Below, in pieces: positions 43,403 to 46,628 of a stretch of DNA of 46,628 nucleotides. Positions within the stretch are counted from its first letter, which is position 1; every line of letters begins with the position of its first letter. The translations under genes and the position numbers were made by a program. This stretch comes from Steroidobacteraceae bacterium (GTDB taxonomy: Bacteria; Pseudomonadota; Gammaproteobacteria; Steroidobacterales; Steroidobacteraceae). Below the pieces are notes generated by a model. The model saw only the letters and a list, made by a program, of their open reading frames with translations, ran no database searches and was not told where the DNA came from. The DNA lies in contig DAIDVO010000114.1 in the NCBI GenBank assembly GCA_027456085.1, forward strand, positions 1-46,628. Direction: 5' to 3'.

Positions 43403-44925
43403 CGGGTGGCCTCCGGAGTCAATAGATGCGCATCGCCGGCCGGCGCCGTGCCGCGCTCGTACGGCTTTGCGACGATCATGTAGAACGAGCCGAGCGCGAG
43501 CACGCCCGCGGTCGTGACGATCATCGCGTAATTGCTGTACCAGGGATCGTTCGGGCTGCGCGGCCAGAGAATATTGACGATCGCGCCGATCCCATAGGCA
43601 AGCGCGAGAACATTGACGAGCCAGCCCCTGTTGCGCAGCGTAAACGGACCCGCGGGCCGCCAGCCCTTGATGCGTGCGGCCAGCGCCGCGAGCACGATCA
43701 TCTGGAACGCGATGTAAATCCCGATCGCCGCGAAGCTGATGATCGTCGCGATCGCATCCTGCAGCCACAGCGCACAGAGCGCAATCGCGGCGGGAATCGC
43801 GCCCATGGCGACTAGGGCGTTCGACGGAACATGATGGTCCGGCGAAAAGCGCGAGAGGAATTTGCTGCCGAAGATCATTTGGTCGCGCGCGTACGCGTAG
43901 AGCAGGCGGCTTGCGGCCGCCTGCAGGCTCAGGAGGCACGAGACGAAGGACACGAGCACGACGGCGATGACCGCGCGGAATCCCGCCTCGCCCATCGCTG
44001 CGCGCAGGAGCGTCGCGATCGGGTCCTTGTCGGCGCCGGAGATCGCGGCGCCGATATCGGGGATCGCCAGCACGAACGCGAGGCAAACCCACGACGCGGC
44101 GGCGCCGCCTATGTAGATCGTCATGCGCATGGCCTTCGGGATCGTGCGGCTCGCGTTCGGCGTCTCTTCGGCGACGTCGCCGCAGGCCTCGAAGCCGTAA
44201 TAGCAGAACATCGCCGCCAGCGAAGAGGCGAGAAACGCGGGCCAATAGCTGCCGTTCGTGTGGACGAACGAGGTGTCGACGAGAACCTTCAAGGGTTGAT
44301 GGCGCGCGAACAGCAGCAGATAGCCGCCGACGGCGACCGCACCGACCAGTTCGCACACGAAGCCGAACATCGCGACGCGCGCGAGGAGGCGCGTGCCGCT
44401 CAAATTCAGTACGGTCGTCGTCGCGATCAACGCTAGCGCGATCGCCGTCGTTGCGAGCGGCGTGCCGCCGAGCCCCGCGAGCTGCGCGAGGAATGGCGCG
44501 GCGCCCATCGCGACCCCGGCCATCGTGCAGCACAAGGCCCACGCGTAAACCCAGCCGGCCATCCACGCCCAGCGTTTACCCACGAGGCGCCGAGCCCAAG
44601 GGTACAAGCCGCCGGAGATCGGAAACTGCGAAACGATTTCGCCGAATATCAAGCAGACCATCAATTGGCCGAGTCCGACCAGGATATAAGTCCACCACAT
44701 CGGCGGCCCGCCCGCGGCGAAGGCGCTCGCGAAAATCGTGTAGACGCCGACGACCGGGGACAAATAGGTGAATCCCAGCGAGAAATTTTCCCACTTGGAC
44801 ATCGTCCGGTCGAAATGCGATTCATATCCCAGCGCGCGCAATTGCGCGCTGTCCTGGTCGGCTGGATTGCCGGTCTTTTCGCTTGCCAGAGGGACTCTCC
44901 CGATTCTAATCCCGCGACCGATCAT
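43399..44925 (-). CDS. APC-superfamily permease (amino acid/choline-type)
   Basis: 508 aa. ...FSLGFTYLSPVVGVYTIFASAFAAGGPPMWW...GEIVSQFPISGGLYPWARRL... Its TGA overlaps the ATG of the downstream permease (ATGA). Trimmed to the ATG at 44925. Confidence 0.82.
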   Translation of the reverse strand: MIGRGIRIGRVPLASEKTGNPADQDSAQLRALGYESHFDRTMSKWENFSLGFTYLSPVVGVYTIFASAFAAGGPPMWWTYILVGLGQLMVCLIFGEIVSQFPISGGLYPWARRLVGKRWAWMAGWVYAWALCCTMAGVAMGAAPFLAQLAGLGGTPLATTAIALALIATTTVLNLSGTRLLARVAMFGFVCELVGAVAVGGYLLLFARHQPLKVLVDTSFVHTNGSYWPAFLASSLAAMFCYYGFEACGDVAEETPNASRTIPKAMRMTIYIGGAAASWVCLAFVLAIPDIGAAISGADKDPIATLLRAAMGEAGFRAVIAVVLVSFVSCLLSLQAAASRLLYAYARDQMIFGSKFLSRFSPDHHVPSNALVAMGAIPAAIALCALWLQDAIATIISFAAIGIYIAFQMIVLAALAARIKGWRPAGPFTLRNRGWLVNVLALAYGIGAIVNILWPRSPNDPWYSNYAMIVTTAGVLALGSFYMIVAKPYERGTAPAGDAHLLTPEATR

Positions 44926-45089
44926 ACGAGATTTCGCCGGTCGCCGCGTGCCGCCCGCACGATTGCAGCGCTGCGCGCCGTCGCGCGTCGCAGCCTCGGG
45001 GGATCGCAAGGCCGTGCGACCGATCGTTTGCGGTATGCTGCCAGATAACGCCGTACTTTTTCGCGGGTGTCGATGCAAAGGTGTCAACG

Positions 45090-45386
45090 ATGATCGTCGA
45101 GATCGCGCAATTGACCATTCGGCCGGGCCAGGAATCCGAATTCGAGGCGGCCTTTGCGACCGCCGTGAAACTCGTCGCGGCGAGCATGGGCTACGTCTCG
45201 CACGAGCTGCGCCGTTCGATCGAGACGCCGAACCGCTATGTGCTCGCGGTGCACTGGCGAACGCTCGAGGACCACACGATCGGATTTCGCGGATCACCCG
45301 CGTTTCCGGCATGGCGCGCGCAGGTCGGGCCGTTCTTCGAACAGCCGCCGAGCGTCGAGCATTACCGCCTGATTCACAGGTTCTGA
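45090..45386 (+). CDS. ABM-domain (antibiotic biosynthesis monooxygenase-like) small protein
   Basis: MIVEIAQLTIRPGQESEFEAAF...YVLAVHWRTLEDHTIGFRGSPAF..., a ferredoxin-like ABM pattern of about 98 aa. GTG at 45081 is an alternative start. Confidence 0.72.
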   Translation: MIVEIAQLTIRPGQESEFEAAFATAVKLVAASMGYVSHELRRSIETPNRYVLAVHWRTLEDHTIGFRGSPAFPAWRAQVGPFFEQPPSVEHYRLIHRF

Positions 45387-45865
45387 GAGCCGTCCGCGGG
45401 CTGGCCCTTGGCCAGGAACTTGGACATCTTCAACGCGCTCTCGCGCCCCTGATAGTAGAGCGGCGCGATGCCGATTTCCTGGAAGCCCTGTTGCGCGTAA
45501 AACGCGCGTCCCGCGGCGTTCTCGGCGCGCAATTCGAGATTGATCCGAAAGATACCGGCCTCGGTCGCCGTCGCGCAGAGCCAATCCAGCAGTTTTGCGC
45601 CGAGGCCTTGCCGGCGCCAGATTGGAGCCACGGCGAGCAGATTGAGGTGCGCCGTAACCTCGCTCAACTGCATGATTGCGAACGCGGCGATGCGCGCGTC
45701 GCGCCGCGCGACGACGACCGTCGAGGCGGCGCCGCAGATGAAGTGCTGCACGCGCGCCGGCGTCCAGGACCAGGCGAGCCCGTATTCGATCAAGTCCCGC
45801 GACATTTCGGCGATTTCCGGCGCATCGCCGCCGCGCGCAAGACTCAGCGTGGCGAGAACGGACAT
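45374..45865 (-). CDS. GNAT-family N-acetyltransferase (RimI-like)
   Basis: 163 aa. ...LNLLAVAPIWRRQGLGAKLLDWL...RAFYAQQGFQEIG... The ATG at 45865 lies 8 nt after the pip stop. The 3' end overlaps the ABM gene convergently by 13 nt. Confidence 0.8.
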   Translation of the reverse strand: MSVLATLSLARGGDAPEIAEMSRDLIEYGLAWSWTPARVQHFICGAASTVVVARRDARIAAFAIMQLSEVTAHLNLLAVAPIWRRQGLGAKLLDWLCATATEAGIFRINLELRAENAAGRAFYAQQGFQEIGIAPLYYQGRESALKMSKFLAKGQPADGSQNL

Positions 45866-45873
45866 AAGGGCTG

Positions 45874-46628
45874 CTAGCGGCTCCGGTAGCGATCCGTAGC
45901 CGACAACAGTTCGTGAACGCATCCCGGTTCGAACGCTGAATGACCGGCATCCGGCACGATCTTGAGGTCCGCTTCCGGCCAGGCGCGATGCAAGTCCCAG
46001 GCGCTCATTGCGGGACAAACGACGTCATAGCGGCCCTGGACTATCGTCGCCGGGATGTGGCGGATCCGCGGCACGTCGTCGATCAACTGCGACTCGCTGC
46101 GCATGAAGCCGCGATTCACGAAATAGTGGCATTCGATGCGCGCCACGGCGAGCGCGAACTCAGGTTCGGCCCAGCGCGCGATGTTGTCGGTATTGCTGTG
46201 CAGGAAACTCGTCGATGCCTCCCAGACCGACCAGGCGCGTGCGGCAGCGAGCGCGGCACGCTGATCGCTGCCGGTGAGGCGCTTATGGTATGCACTCAAG
46301 AAATCATCGCGTTCGTCGGCCGGTATCGCGTTGCGATATTCCTCCCAACGGTCCGGAAATATCGCCGAGGCTCCGTATTGATACATCCAGCGGATTTCCG
46401 CGTAGCGCAACAGGAAGATTCCGCGCAGCACGAGTTCGGTCACCCGCTCCGGATGCGTTTCGGCATATGCGAGCGCGAGCGTGCTTCCCCACGAGCCGCC
46501 GCACACGAGCCAGCGTTCGATGCCGAGATGCTTACGCAAGCGTTCGAGGTCCGCAACGAGATGCCACGTGGTGTTTTCGATCAAGTTTGCGCTCGGCCGG
46601 CTGCGGCCGCAGCCCCGCTGGTCGAAAA
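45874..46628 (-). CDS. pip: Proline iminopeptidase (alpha/beta hydrolase), with the N-terminus outside the window
   Basis: ...FDQRGCGRSRPSANLIENTTWHLVADLERLRKHLGIERWLVCGGSWGSTLALAYAETHPERV... with the GGSWG nucleophile elbow. The reading frame is open to the window edge. Confidence 0.9.
   Translation of the reverse strand, partial: FDQRGCGRSRPSANLIENTTWHLVADLERLRKHLGIERWLVCGGSWGSTLALAYAETHPERVTELVLRGIFLLRYAEIRWMYQYGASAIFPDRWEEYRNAIPADERDDFLSAYHKRLTGSDQRAALAAARAWSVWEASTSFLHSNTDNIARWAEPEFALAVARIECHYFVNRGFMRSESQLIDDVPRIRHIPATIVQGRYDVVCPAMSAWDLHRAWPEADLKIVPDAGHSAFEPGCVHELLSATDRYRSR

Overview
High-GC proteobacterial chromosome segment (gamma-like gene order; I cannot name the taxon). About the first 14 kb is core translation machinery. 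It holds the 3' end of tuf, then an uninterrupted S10-spc-alpha ribosomal-protein cluster (rpsJ to rplQ, including secY, rpoA and a 37-aa rpmJ that the ORF track misses). mscL follows directly. The rest is mostly housekeeping: pepQ, an AspC/TyrB-type aminotransferase, folE, pyrD, divergent uvrA/ssb, def, miaB-ybeZ-ybeY-corC, leuS-lptE, two tandem APC permeases and pip. Small islands of poorly characterised genes sit between these blocks. They include a lipoprotein, GNAT and HDOD group; a POTRA-less Omp85-like barrel with an MMPL transporter, followed by a bactofilin and a zinc-ribbon protein; TraB/GumN; an orphan HExxH protein; a saccharopine-dehydrogenase/Lrp pair; and a secreted phosphoesterase. 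I found no tRNA or rRNA genes, CRISPR array, transposase, integrase or recognisable defence or toxin module. The many long ORFs antisense to real genes are GC-rich shadow ORFs. I do not see a convincing new system. The most checkable oddity is an in-frame TAG inside the essential leuS, at a conserved Ser position. The best candidates for unexplored biology, all inference level, are the Omp85-like/MMPL operon with its downstream bactofilin/zinc-ribbon pair, the HExxH orphan in the slot where holA usually sits, and an unusually long, structured rpsJ-rplC spacer.
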